The notes beneath the pieces are model-generated. The model searched no databases. It saw nothing but the letters and a program-made list of their open reading frames with translations, and was not told the DNA's origin. Below are positions 1-13,320 of a DNA stretch of 64,000 nucleotides, piece after piece (position 1 is the first letter of the stretch; each line of letters begins with the position of its first letter). A program made the translations under genes and the position numbers. Source of the DNA: Eledone cirrhosa (Eukaryota); assembly GCA_964016885.1 (NCBI GenBank), contig OZ024744.1, positions 1,488,001 to 1,552,000 of the forward strand, in the 5' to 3' direction.

Positions 1-3000
1 CTTCACCAAGCTATCTTTCTCTACATTGTCTTCCCCAAAACTTCGTTCTTCACCAAGCTATCTTTCTCTACCTTGTCTCCCCTCAAAAAGTCGTTCTTCA
101 CCAAGCTATCTTTCTCTACCTTGTCTTCTCCCAAAACTTCGTTATTCACCAAGCTATCTTTCTCTACCTTGTCTTCCCTCAAACCTTCGTTCTTCACCAA
201 GCTATCTTTCTCTACCTTGTCTTCCCCCAAAACTTCGTTCTTCACCAAGCTATCTTTCTCTACATTGTCTTCCCCAAAACTTCGTTCTTCACCAAGCTAT
301 CTTTCTCTACCTTGTCTTCCCCCAAAACTTCGTTGTTCACCAAGCTATCTTTCTCTACCTCGTCTTCCCCCAAAACTTCGTTCTTCACCAAGCTATCTTT
401 CTCTACCTTGTCTTCCCCCAAAACTTCTTTCTTCACCAAGCTATCTTTCTCTACCTTGTCTTCCCACAAAACTTCGTTCTTCACCAAGCTATCTTTCTCT
501 ACCTTGTCTTCCCACAAAACGTCGTTCTTCAACAAGCTATCTTTCTCTACTTTGTCTTCCCTCAAAACTACGTTCTTCACCAAGCTATCTTTCTCTACCT
601 TGTCTTCCCTCAAAACTTCGTTCTTCACCAAGCTATCTTTTTCGACCTTGTCTTCCCCCAAAACTTCGTTCTTCACCAAACTATCTTTCTCTACCTTGTC
701 TTCCCTCAAAACGTCGTTCTTCACCAAGCTATCTTTCTCTACCTTGTCCTCCCACAAAACTTCGTTCCTCACCAAGCTATCTTTCTCTACCTTGTCTTCC
801 CCCAAAATTTCGTTCTTCGCAAGCTATCTTTCTCTACCTTGTCTTCCGTCAAAACTTCGTTCTTCACCAAGATATCTTTCTCTACCTTGTCTTCCCACAA
901 AACGTCGTTCTTCACCAAGCTATCTTTCTCTACCTTGTCTTCCCTCAGAACTTCGTTCTTCACCAAGCTATCTTTCTCTACCTTGTCTTCCCCCAAAACT
1001 TCGTTCTTCACCAAGCTATCTTTCTCTACATTGTCTTCCCCAAAACTTCGTTCTTCACCAAGCTATCTTTCTCTACCTTGTCTTCCCTCAAAACGTCGTT
1101 CTTCACCAAGCTATCTTTCTCTACCTTGTCTTCCCCCAAAACTTCGTTCTTCACCAAGCTATCTTTATCTACATTGTCTTCCCCCAAAACTTCGTTCTTC
1201 ACCAAGTCATCTTTCTCTACCTTGTCATCCCACAAAACGTCGTTCTTCACCAAGCTATCTTTCTCTATTTTGTCGTCCCTCAAAACGTCGTTCTTCACCA
1301 AGCTATCTTTCTCTACCTTGTCTTCCCTCAAAATTTCGTTCTTCACCAAGTTATCTTTCTCGACCTTGTCTTCTCCCAAAACTTCGTTATTCACCAAGCG
1401 ATCTTTCTCTACCTTGTCTTCCCCCAAAACTTCGTTATTCACCAAGCTATCTTTCTCTACCTTGTCTTCCCTCAAAACTTCGTTCTTCACCAAGCTATCT
1501 TTCTCTACCTTGTCTTCCCACAAAACGTCATTCTTCACCAAGCTATCTTTCTCTACCTTGTCTTCCGTCAAAACTTCGTACTTCACCAAGATATCTTTCT
1601 CTACCTTGTCTTCTCCCAAAACTTCGTTCTTCACCAAGCTATCTTTCTCTACCTTGCCTTCCCTCAGAACTTCGTTCTTCACCAAGCTATCTTTCTCTAC
1701 ATTGTCTTCCCCAAAACTTCGTTCTTCACCAAGCTATCTTTCTCTACCTTGTCTCCCCTCAAAAAGTCGTTCTTCACCAAGCTATCTTTCTCTACCTTGT
1801 CTTCTCCCAAAACTTCGTTATTCACCAAGCTATCTTTCTCTACCTTGTCTTCCCTCAAACCTTCGTTCTTCACCAAGCTATCTTTCTCTACCTTGTCTTC
1901 CCCCAAAACTTCGTTCTTCACCAAGCTATCTTTCTCTACATTGTCTTCCCCAAAACTTCGTTCTTCACCAAGCTATCTTTCTCTACCTTGTCTTCCCCCA
2001 AAACTTCGTTGTTCACCAAGCTATCTTTCTCTACCTCGTCTTCCCCCAAAACTTCGTTCTTCACCAAGCTATCTTTCTCTACCTTGTCTTCCCCCAAAAC
2101 TTCTTTCTTCACCAAGCTATCTTTCTCTACCTTGTCTTCCCACAAAACTTCGTTCTTCACCAAGCTATCTTTCTCTACCTTGTCTTCCCACAAAACGTCG
2201 TTCTTCAACAAGCTATCTTTCTCTACTTTGTCTTCCCTCAAAACTACGTTCTTCACCAAGCTATCTTTCTCTACCTTGTCGTCCCCCAAAACTTCGTTCT
2301 TCACCAAGCTATCTTTCTCTACCTTGTCTTCCCTCAAAACTTCGTTCTTCACCAAGCTATCTTTCTCTACCTTGTCCTCCCACAAAACTTCGTTCCTCAC
2401 CAAGCTATCTTTCTCTACCTTGTCTTCCCCCAAAATTTCGTTCTTCGCAAGCTATCTTTCTCTACCTTGTCTTCCGTCAAAACTTCGTTCTTCACCAAGA
2501 TATCTTTCTCTACCTTGTCTTCCCACAAAACGTCGTTCTTCACCAAGCTATCTTTCTCTACCTTGTCTTCCCTCAGAACTTCGTTCTTCACCAAGCTATC
2601 TTTCTCTACCTTGTCTTCCCCCAAAACTTCGTTCTTCACCAAGCTATCTTTCTCTACATTGTATTCCCCAAAACTTCGTTCTTCACCAAGCTATCTTTCT
2701 CTACCTTGTCTTCCCTCAAAACGTCGTTCTTCACCAAGCTATCTTTCTCTACCTTGTCTTCCCCCAAAACTTCGTTCTTCACCAAGCTATCTTTATCTAC
2801 ATTGTCTTCCCCCAAAACTTCGTTCTTCACCAAGTCATCTTTCTCTACCTTGTCATCCCACAAAACGTCGTTCTTCACCAAGCTATCTTTCTCTATTTTG
2901 TCGTCCCTCAAAACGTCGTTCTTCACCAAGCTATCTTTCTCTACCTTGTCTCCCCTCAAAATTTCGTTCTTCACCAAGTTATCTTTCTCGACCTTGTCTT

Positions 3001-6000
3001 CTCCCACAACTTCGTTATTCACCAAGCGATCTTTCTCTACCTTGTCTTCCCTCAAAACGTCGTTCTTCACCAAGCTATCTTTCTCTACCTTGTCCTCCCA
3101 CAAAACTTCGTTCCTCACCAAGCTATCTTTCTCTACCTTGTCTTCCCCCAAAATTTCGTTCTTCGCAAGCTATCTTTCTCTACCTTGTCTTCCGTCAAAA
3201 CTTCGTTCTTCACCAAGATATCTTTCTCTACCTTGTCTTCCCACAAAACGTCGTTCTTCACCAAGCTATCTTTCTCTACCTTGTCTTCCCTCAGAACTTC
3301 GTTCTTCACCAAGCTATCTTTCTCTACCTTGTCTTCCCCCAAAACTTCGTTCTTCACCAAGCTATCTTTCTCTACATTGTCTTCCCCAAAACTTCGTTCT
3401 TCACCAAGCTATCTTTCTCTACCTTGTCTTCCCTCAAAACGTCGTTCTTCACCAAGCTATCTTTCTCTACCTTGTCTTCCCCCAAAACTTCGTTCTTCAC
3501 CAAGCTATCTTTATCTACATTGTCTTCCCCCAAAACTTCGTTCTTCACCAAGTCATCTTTCTCTACCTTGTCATCCCACAAAACGTCGTTCTTCACCAAG
3601 CTATCTTTCTCTATTTTGTCGTCCCTCAAAACGTCGTTCTTCACCAAGCTATCTTTCTCTACCTTGTCTTCCCTCAAAATTTCGTTCTTCACCAAGTTAT
3701 CTTTCTCGACCTTGTCTTCTCCCAAAACTTCGTTATTCACCAAGCGATCTTTCTCTACCTTGTCTTCCCCCAAAACTTCGTTATTCACCAAGCTATCTTT
3801 CTCTACCTTGTTTTCCCTCAAAACTTCGTTCTTCACCAAGCTATCTTTCTCTACCTTGTCTTCCCACAAAACGTCATTCTTCACCAAGCTATCTTTCTCT
3901 ACCTTGTCTTCCGTCAAAACTTCGTTCTTCACCAAGATATCTTTCTCTACCTTGTCTTCTCCCAAAACTTCGTTCTTCACCAAGCTATCTTTCTCTACCT
4001 TGCCTTCCCTCAGAACTTCGTTCTTCACCAAGCTATCTTTCTCTACATTGTCTTCCCCAAAACTTCGTTCTTCACCAAGCTATCTTTCTCTACCTTGTCT
4101 CCCCTCAAAAAGTCGTTCTTCACCAAGCTATCTTTCTCTACCTTGTCTTCTCCCAAAACTTCGTTATTCACCAAGCTATCTTTCTCTACCTTGTCTTCCC
4201 TCAAACCTTCGTTCTTCACCAAGCTATCTTTCTCTACCTTGTCTTCCCCCAAAACTTCGTTCTTCACCAAGCTATCTTTCTCTACATTGTCTTCCCCAAA
4301 ACTTCGTTCTTCACCAAGCTATCTTTCTCTACCTTGTCTTCCCCCAAAACTTCGTTGTTCACCAAGCTATCTTTCTCTACCTCGTCTTCCCCCAAAACTT
4401 CGTTCTTCACCAAGCTATCTTTCTCTACCTTGTCTTCCCCCAAAACTTCTTTCTTCACCAAGCTATCTTTCTCTACCTTGTCTTCCCACAAAACTTGGTT
4501 CTTCACCAAGCTATCTTTCTCTACCTTGTCTTCCCACAAAACGTCGTTCTTCAACAAGCTATCTTTCTCTACTTTGTCTTCCCTCAAAACTACGTTCTTC
4601 ACCAAGCTATCTTTCTCTACCTTGTCTTCCCCCAAAACTTCGTTCTTCACCAAGCTATCTTTCTCTACCTTGTCTTCCCTCAAAACTTCGTTCTTCACCA
4701 AGCTATCTTTTTCGACCTTGTCTTCCCCCAAAACTTCGTTCTTCACCAAGCTATCTTTATCTACATTGTCTTCCCCCAAAACTTCGTTCTTCACCAAGTC
4801 ATCTTTCTCTACCTTGTCATCCCACAAAACGTCGTTCTTCACCAAGCTATCTTTCTCTATTTTGTCGTCCCTCAAAACGTCGTTCTTCACCAAGCTATCT
4901 TTCTCTACCTTGTCTTCCCTCAAAATTTCGTTCTTCACCAAGTTATCTTTCTCGACCTTGTCTTCTCCCAAAACTTCGTTATTCACCAAGCGATCTTTCT
5001 CTACCTTGTCTTCCCCCAAAACTTCGTTATTCACCAAGCTATCTTTCTCTACCTTGTCTTCCCTCAAAACTTCGTTCTTCACCAAGCTATCTTTCTCTAC
5101 CTTGTCTTCCCACAAAACGTCATTCTTCACCAAGCTATCTTTCTCTACCTTGTCTTCCGTCAAAACTTCGTTCTTCACCAAGATATCTTTCTCTACCTTG
5201 TCTTCTCCCAAAACTTCGTTCTTCACCAAGCTATCTTTCTCTACCTTGCCTTCCCTCAGAACTTCGTTCTTCACCAAGCTATCTTTCTCTACATTGTCTT
5301 CCCCAAAACTTCGTTCTTCACCAAGCTATCTTTCTCTACCTTGTCTCCCCTCAAAAAGTCGTTCTTCACCAAGCTATCTTTCTCTACCTTGTCTTCTCCC
5401 AAAACTTCGTTATTCACCAAGCTATCTTTCTCTACCTTGTCTTCCCTCAAACCTTCGTTCTTCACCAAGCTATCTTTCTCTACCTTGTCTTCCCCCAAAA
5501 CTTCGTTCTTCACCAAGCTATCTTTCTCTACATTGTCTTCCCCAAAACTTCGTTCTTCACCAAGCTATCTTTCTCTACCTTGTCTTCCCCCAAAACTTCG
5601 TTGTTCACCAAGCTATCTTTCTCTACCTCGTCTTCCCCCAAAACTTCGTTCTTCACCAAGCTATCTTTCTCTACCTTGTCTTCCCCCAAAACTTCTTTCT
5701 TCACCAAGCTATCTTTCTCTACCTTGTCTTCCCACAAAACTTCGTTCTTCACCAAGCTATCTTTCTCTACCTTGTCTTCCCACAAAACGTCGTTCTTCAA
5801 CAAGCTATCTTTCTCTACTTTGTCTTCCCTCAAAACTACGTTCTTCACCAAGCTATCTTTCTCTACCTTGTCTTCCCTCAAAACTTCGTTCTTCACCAAG
5901 CTATCTTTTTCGACCTTGTCTTCCCCCAAAACTTCGTTCTTCACCAAACTATCTTTCTCTACCTTGTCTTCCCTCAAAACGTCGTTCTTCACCGAGCTAT

Positions 6001-9000
6001 CTTTCTCTACCTTGTCCTCCCACAAAACTTCGTTCCTCACCAAGCTATCTTTCTCTACCTTGTCTTCCCCCAAAATTTCGTTCTTCGCAAGCTATCTTTC
6101 TCTACCTTGTCTTCCGTCAAAACTTCGTTCTTCACCAAGATATCTTTCTCTACCTTGTCTTCCCACAAAACGTCGTTCTTCACCAAGCTATCTTTCTCTA
6201 CCTTGTCTTCCCTCAGAACTTCGTTCTTCACCAAGCTATCTTTCTCTACCTTGTCTTCCCCCAAAACTTCGTTCTTCACCAAGCTATCTTTCTCTACATT
6301 GTCTTCCCCAAAACTTCGTTCTTCACCAAGCTATCTTTCTCTACCTTGTCTTCCCTCAAAACGTCGTTCTTCACCAAGCTATCTTTCTCTACCTTGTCTT
6401 CCCCCAAAACTTCGTTCTTCACCAAGCTATCTTTATCTACATTGTCTTCCCCCAAAACTTCGTTCTTCACCAAGTCATCTTTCTCTACCTTGTCATCCCA
6501 CAAAACGTCGTTCTTCACCAAGCTATCTTTCTCTATTTTGTCGTCCCTCAAAACGTCGTTCTTCACCAAGCTATCTTTCTCTACCTTGTCTTCCCTCAAA
6601 ATTTCGTTCTTCACCAAGTTATCTTTCTCGACCTTGTCTTCTCCCAAAACTTCGTTATTCACCAAGCGATCTTTCTCTACCTTGTCTTCCCCCAAAACTT
6701 CGTTATTCACCAAGCTATCTTTCTCTACCTTGTCTTCCCTCAAAACTTCGTTCTTCACCAAGCTATCTTTCTCTACCTTGTCTTCCCACAAAACGTCATT
6801 CTTCACCAAGCTATCTTTCTCTACCTTGTCTTCCGTCAAAACTTCGTACTTTACCAAGATATCTTTCTCTACCTTGTCTTCTCCCAAAACTTCGTTCTTC
6901 ACCAAGCTATCTTTCTCTACCTTGCCTTCCCTCAGAACTTCGTTCTTCACCAAGCTATCTTTCTCTACATTGTCTTCCCCAAAACTTCGTTCTTCACCAA
7001 GCTATCTTTCTCTACCTTGTCTTCCCCCAAAACTTCGTTGTTCACCAAGCTATCTTTCTCTACCTCGTCTTCCCCCAAAACTTCGTTCTTCACCAAGCTA
7101 TCTTTCTCTACCTTGTCTTCTCCCAAAACTTCGTTATTCACCAAGCTATCTTTCTCTACCTTGTCTTCCCTCAAACCTTCGTTCTTCACCAAGCTATCTT
7201 TCTCTACCTTGTCTTCCCCCAAAACTTCGTTCTTCACCAAGCTATCTTTCTCTACATTGTCTTCCCCAAAACTTCGTTCTTCACCAAGCTATCTTTCTCT
7301 ACCTTGTCTTCCCCCAAAACTTCGTTGTTCACCAAGCTATCTTTCTCTACCTCGTCTTCCCCCAAAACTTCGTTCTTCACCAAGCTATCTTTCTCTACCT
7401 TGTCTTCCCCCAAAACTTCTTTCTTCACCAAGCTATCTTTCTCTACCTTGTCTTCCCACAAAACTTCGTTCTTCACCAAGCTATCTTTCTCTACCTTGTC
7501 TTCCCACAAAACGTCGTTCTTCAACAAGCTATCTTTCTCTACTTTGTCTTCCCTCAAAACTACGTTCTTCACCAAGCTATCTTTCTCTACCTTGTCTTCC
7601 CCCAAAACTTCGTTCTTCACCAAGCTATCTTTCTCTACCTTGTCTTCCCTCAAAACTTCGTTCTTCACCAAGCTATCTTTCTCTACCTTGTCCTCCCACA
7701 AAACTTCGTTCCTCACCAAGCTATCTTTCTCTACCTTGTCTTCCCCCAAAATTTCGTTCTTCGCAAGCTATCTTTCTCTACCTTGTCTTCCGTCAAAACT
7801 TCGTTCTTCACCAAGATATCTTTCTCTACCTTGTCTTCCCACAAAACGTCGTTCTTCACCAAGCTATCTTTCTCTACCTTGTCTTCCCTCAGAACTTCGT
7901 TCTTCACCAAGCTATCTTTCTCTACCTTGTCTTCCCCCAAAACTTCGTTCTTCACCAAGCTATCTTTCTCTACATTGTCTTCCCCAAAACTTCGTTCTTC
8001 ACCAAGCTATCTTTCTCTACCTTGTCTTCCCCCAAAACTTCGTTGTTCACCAAGCTATCTTTCTCTACCTCGTCTTCCCCCAAAACTTCGTTCTTCACCA
8101 AGCTATCTTTCTCTACCTTGTCTTCCCCCAAAACTTCTTTCTTCACCAAGCTATCTTTCTCTACCTTGTCTTCCCACAAAACTTCGTTCTTCACCAAGCT
8201 ATCTTTCTCTACCTTGTCTTCCCACAAAACGTCGTTCTTCAACAAGCTATCTTTCTCTACTTTGTCTTCCCTCAAAACTACGTTCTTCACCAAGCTATCT
8301 TTCTCTACCTTGTCTTCCCCCAAAACTTCGTTCTTCACCAAGCTATCTTTCTCTACCTTGTCTTCCCTCAAAACTTCGTTCTTCACCAAGCTATCTTTTT
8401 CGACCTTGTCTTCCCCCAAAACTTCGTTCTTCACCAAGCTATCTTTATCTACATTGTCTTCCCCCAAAACTTCGTTCTTCACCAAGTCATCTTTCTCTAC
8501 CTTGTCATCCCACAAAACGTCGTTCTTCACCAAGCTATCTTTCTCTATTTTGTCGTCCCTCAAAACGTCGTTCTTCACCAAGCTATCTTTCTCTACCTTG
8601 TCTTCCCTCAAAATTTCGTTCTTCACCAAGTTATCTTTCTCGACCTTGTCTTCTCCCAAAACTTCGTTATTCACCAAGCGATCTTTCTCTACCTTGTCTT
8701 CCCCCAAAACTTCGTTATTCACCAAGCTATCTTTCTCTACCTTGTCTTCCCTCAAAACTTCGTTCTTCACCAAGCTATCTTTCTCTACCTTGTCTTCCCA
8801 CAAAACGTCATTCTTCACCAAGCTATCTTTCTCTACCTTGTCTTCCGTCAAAACTTCGTTCTTCACCAAGATATCTTTCTCTACCTTGTCTTCTCCCAAA
8901 ACTTCGTTCTTCACCAAGCTATCTTTCTCTACCTTGCCTTCCCTCAGAACTTCGTTCTTCACCAAGCTATCTTTCTCTACATTGTCTTCCCCAAAACTTC

Positions 9001-12000
9001 GTTCTTCACCAAGCTATCTTTCTCTACCTTGTCTCCCCTCAAAAAGTCGTTCTTCACCAAGCTATCTTTCTCTACCTTGTATTCTCCCAAAACTTCGTTA
9101 TTCACCAAGCTATCTTTCTCTACCTTGTCTTCCCTCAAACCTTCGTTCTTCACCAAGCTATCCTTCTCTACCTTGTCTTCCCCCAAAACTTCGTTCTTCA
9201 CCAAGCTATCTTTCTCTACATTGTCTTCCCCAAAACTTCGTTCTTCACCAAGCTATCTTTCTCTACCTTGTCTTCCCCCAAAACTTCGTTGTTCACCAAG
9301 CTATCTTTCTCTACCTCGTCTTCCCCCAAAACTTCGTTCTTCACCAAGCTATCTTTCTCTACCTTGTCTTCCCCCAAAACTTCTTTCTTCACCAAGCTAT
9401 CTTTCTCTACCTTGTCTTCCCACAAAACTTCGTTCTTCACCAAGCTATCTTTCTCTACCTTGTCTTCCCACAAAACGTCGTTCTTCAACAAGCTATCTTT
9501 CTCTACTTTGTCTTCCCTCAAAACTACGTTCTTCACCAAGCTATCTTTCTCTACCTTGTCTTCCCTCAAAACTTCGTTCTTCACCAAGCTATCTTTTTCG
9601 ACCTTGTCTTCCCCCAAAACTTCGTTCTTCACCAAACTATCTTTCTCTACCTTGTCTTCCCTCAAAACGTCGTTCTTCACCAAGCTATCTTTCTCTACCT
9701 TGTCCTCCCACAAAACTTCGTTCCTCACCAAGCTATCTTTCTCTACCTTGTCTTCCCCCAAAATTTCGTTCTTCGCAAGCTATCTTTCTCTACCTCGTCT
9801 TCCCCCAAAACTTCGTTCTTCACCAAGCTATCTTTCTCTACCTTGTCTTCCCCCAAAACTTCGTTCTTCACCAAGCTCTCTTTCTCTACCTTGTCTTCCC
9901 CCAAAACTTCGTTCTTCACCAAGCTATCTTTCTCTACCTTGTCTTCCCACAAAACGTCGTTCTTCACCAAGCTATCTTTCTCTACCTTGTCTTCCCTCAG
10001 AACTTCGTTCTTCACCAAGCTATCTTTCTCTACCTTGTCTTCCCCCAAAACTTCGTTCTTCACCAAGCTATCTTTCTCTACATTGTCTTCCCCAAAACTT
10101 CGTTCTTCACCAAGCTATCTTTCTCTACCTTGTCTTCCCTCAAAACGTCGTTCTTCACCAAGCTATCTTTCTCTACCTTGTCTTCCCCCAAAACTTCGTT
10201 CTTCACCAAGCTATCTTTATCTACATTGTCTTCCCCCAAAACTTCGTTCTTCACCAAGTCATCTTTCTCTACCTTGTCATCCCACAAAACGTCGTTCTTC
10301 ACCAAGCTATCTTTCTCTATTTTGTCGTCCCTCAAAACGTCGTTCTTCACCAAGCTATCTTTCTCTACCTTGTCTTCCCTCAAAATTTCGTTCTTCACCA
10401 AGTTATCTTTCTCGACCTTGTCTTCTCCCAAAACTTCGTTATTCACCAAGCGATCTTTCTCTACCTTGTCTTCCCCCAAAACTTCGTTATTCACCAAGCT
10501 ATCTTTCTCTACCTTGTCTTCCCTCAAAACTTCGTTCTTCACCAAGCTATCTTTCTCTACCTTGTCTTCCCACAAAACGTCATTCTTCACCAAGCTATCT
10601 TTCTCTACCTTGTCTTCCGTCAAAACTTCGTACTTCACCAAGATATCTTTCTCTACCTTGTCTTCTCCCAAAACTTCGTTCTTCACCAAGCTATCTTTCT
10701 CTACCTTGCCTTCCCTCAGAACTTCGTTCTTCACCAAGCTATCTTTCTCTACATTGTCTTCCCCAAAACTTCGTTCTTCACCAAGCTATCTTTCTCTACC
10801 TTGTCTCCCCTCAAAAAGTCGTTCTTCACCAAGCTATCTTTCTCTACCTTGTCTTCTCCCAAAACTTCGTTATTCACCAAGCTATCTTTCTCTACCTTGT
10901 CTTCCCTCAAACCTTCGTTCTTCACCAAGCTATCTTTCTCTACCTTGTCTTCCCCCAAAACTTCGTTCTTCACCAAGCTATCTTTCTCTACATTGTCTTC
11001 CCCAAAACTTCGTTCTTCACCAAGCTATCTTTCTCTACCTTGTCTTCCCCCAAAACTTCGTTGTTCACCAAGCTATCTTTCTCTACCTCGTCTTCCCCCA
11101 AAACTTCGTTCTTCACCAAGCTATCTTTCTCTACCTTGTCTTCCCCCAAAACTTCTTTCTTCACCAAGCTATCTTTCTCTACCTTGTCTTCCCACAAAAC
11201 TTCGTTCTTCACCAAGCTATCTTTCTCTACCTTGTCTTCCCACAAAACGTCGTTCTTCAACAAGCTATCTTTCTCTACTTTGTCTTCCCTCAAAACTACG
11301 TTCTTCACCAAGCTATCTTTCTCTACCTTGTCTTCCCTCAAAACTTCGTTCTTCACCAAGCTATCTTTTTCGACCTTGTCTTCCCCCAAAACTTCGTTCT
11401 TCACCAAACTATCTTTCTCTACCTTGTCTTCCCTCAAAACGTCGTTCTTCACCAAGCTATCTTTCTCTACCTTGTCCTCCCACAAAACTTCGTTCCTCAC
11501 CAAGCTATCTTTCTCTACCTTGTCTTCCCCCAAAATTTCGTTCTTCGCAAGCTATCTTTCTCTACCTTGTCTTCCGTCAAAACTTCGTTCTTCACCAAGA
11601 TATCTTTCTCTACCTTGTCTTCCCACAAAACGTCGTTCTTCACCAAGCTATCTTTCTCTACCTTGTCTTCCCTCAGAACTTCGTTCTTCACCAAGCTATC
11701 TTTCTCTACCTTGTCTTCCCCCAAAACTTCGTTCTTCACCAAGCTATCTTTCTCTACATTGTCTTCCCCAAAACTTCGTTCTTCACCAAGCTATCTTTCT
11801 CTACCTTGTCTTCCCTCAAAACGTCGTTCTTCACCAAGCTATCTTTCTCTACCTTGTCTTCCCCCAAAACTTCGTTCTTCACCAAGCTATCTTTATCTAC
11901 ATTGTCTTCCCCCAAAACTTCGTTCTTCACCAAGTCATCTTTCTCTACCTTGTCATCCCACAAAACGTCGTTCTTCACCAAGCTATCTTTCTCTATTTTG

Positions 12001-13320
12001 TCGTCCCTCAAAACGTCGTTCTTCACCAAGCTATCTTTCTCTACCTTGTCTTCCCTCAAAATTTCGTTCTTCACCAAGTTATCTTTCTCGACCTTGTCTT
12101 CTCCCAAAACTTCGTTATTCACCAAGCGATCTTTCTCTACCTTGTCTTCCCCCAAAACTTCGTTATTCACCAAGCTATCTTTCTCTACCTTGTCTTCCCT
12201 CAAAACTTCGTTCTTCACCAAGCTATCTTTCTCTACCTTGTCTTCCCACAAAACGTCATTCTTCACCAAGCTATCTTTCTCTACCTTGTCTTCCGTCAAA
12301 ACTTCGTACTTCACCAAGATATCTTTCTCTACCTTGTCTTCTCCCAAAACTTCGTTCTTCACCAAGCTATCTTTCTCTACCTTGCCTTCCCTCAGAACTT
12401 CGTTCTTCACCAAGCTATCTTTCTCTACATTGTCTTCCCCAAAACTTCATTCTTCACCAAGCTATCTTTCTCTACCTTGTCTCCCCTCAAAAAGTCGTTC
12501 TTCACCAAGCTATCTTTCTCTACCTTGTCTTCTCCCAAAACTTCGTTATTCACCAAGCTATCTTTCTCTACCTTGTCTTCCCTCAAACCTTCGTTCTTCA
12601 CCAAGCTATCTTTCTCTACCTTGTCTTCCCCCAAAACTTCGTTCTTCACCAAGCTATCTTTCTCTACCTTGTCTTCCCCCAAAACTTCGTTGTTCACCAA
12701 GCTATCTTTCTCTACCTCGTCTTCCCCCAAAACTTCGTTCTTCACCAAGCTATCTTTCTCTACCTTGTCTTCCCCCAAAACTTCTTTCTTCACCAAGCTA
12801 TCTTTCTCTACCTTGTCTTCCCACAAAACTTCGTTCTTCACCAAGCTATCTTTCTCTACCTTGTCTTCCCACAAAACGTCGTTCTTCAACAAGCTATCTT
12901 TCTCTACTTTGTCTTCCCTCAAAACTACGTTCTTCACCAAGCTATCTTTCTCTACCTTGTCTTCCCCCAAAACTTCGTTCTTCAGCAAGCTATCTTTCTC
13001 TACCTTGTCTTCCCTCAAAACTTCGTTCTTCACCAAGCTATCTTTCTCTACCTTGTCCTCCCACAAAACTTCGTTCCTCACCAAGCTATCTTTCTCTACC
13101 TTGTCTTCCCCCAAAATTTCGTTCTTCGCAAGCTATCTTTCTCTACCTTGTCTTCCGTCAAAACTTCGTTCTTCACCAAGATATCTTTCTCTACCTTGTC
13201 TTCCCACAAAACGTCGTTCTTCACCAAGCTATCTTTCTCTACCTTGTCTTCCCTCAGAACTTCGTTCTTCACCAAGCTATCTTTCTCTACCTTGTCTTCC
13301 CCCAAAACTTCGTTCTTCAC
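1..13320. repeat. Array domain 1: 35-mer higher-order repeat (1676 bp = 35x48-4) and rearranged derivatives
   Basis: Full copies at 1-1676, 5269-6944 and 10729-12404 (minus ORFs 21/1697, 5289/6965, 10749/12425 are 1676 apart); 37-mer variant at 8957-10728 (1772 bp). Domain-restricted markers AAAACTACG and GTTCCTCACC. Confidence 0.92.

Noticed and set aside
41-57. CENP-B box resemblance (CTTCGTT...)
   Set aside because: Only TTCG plus one C of the nine essential positions of nTTCGnnnnAnnCGGGn match; the A and GGG are absent.
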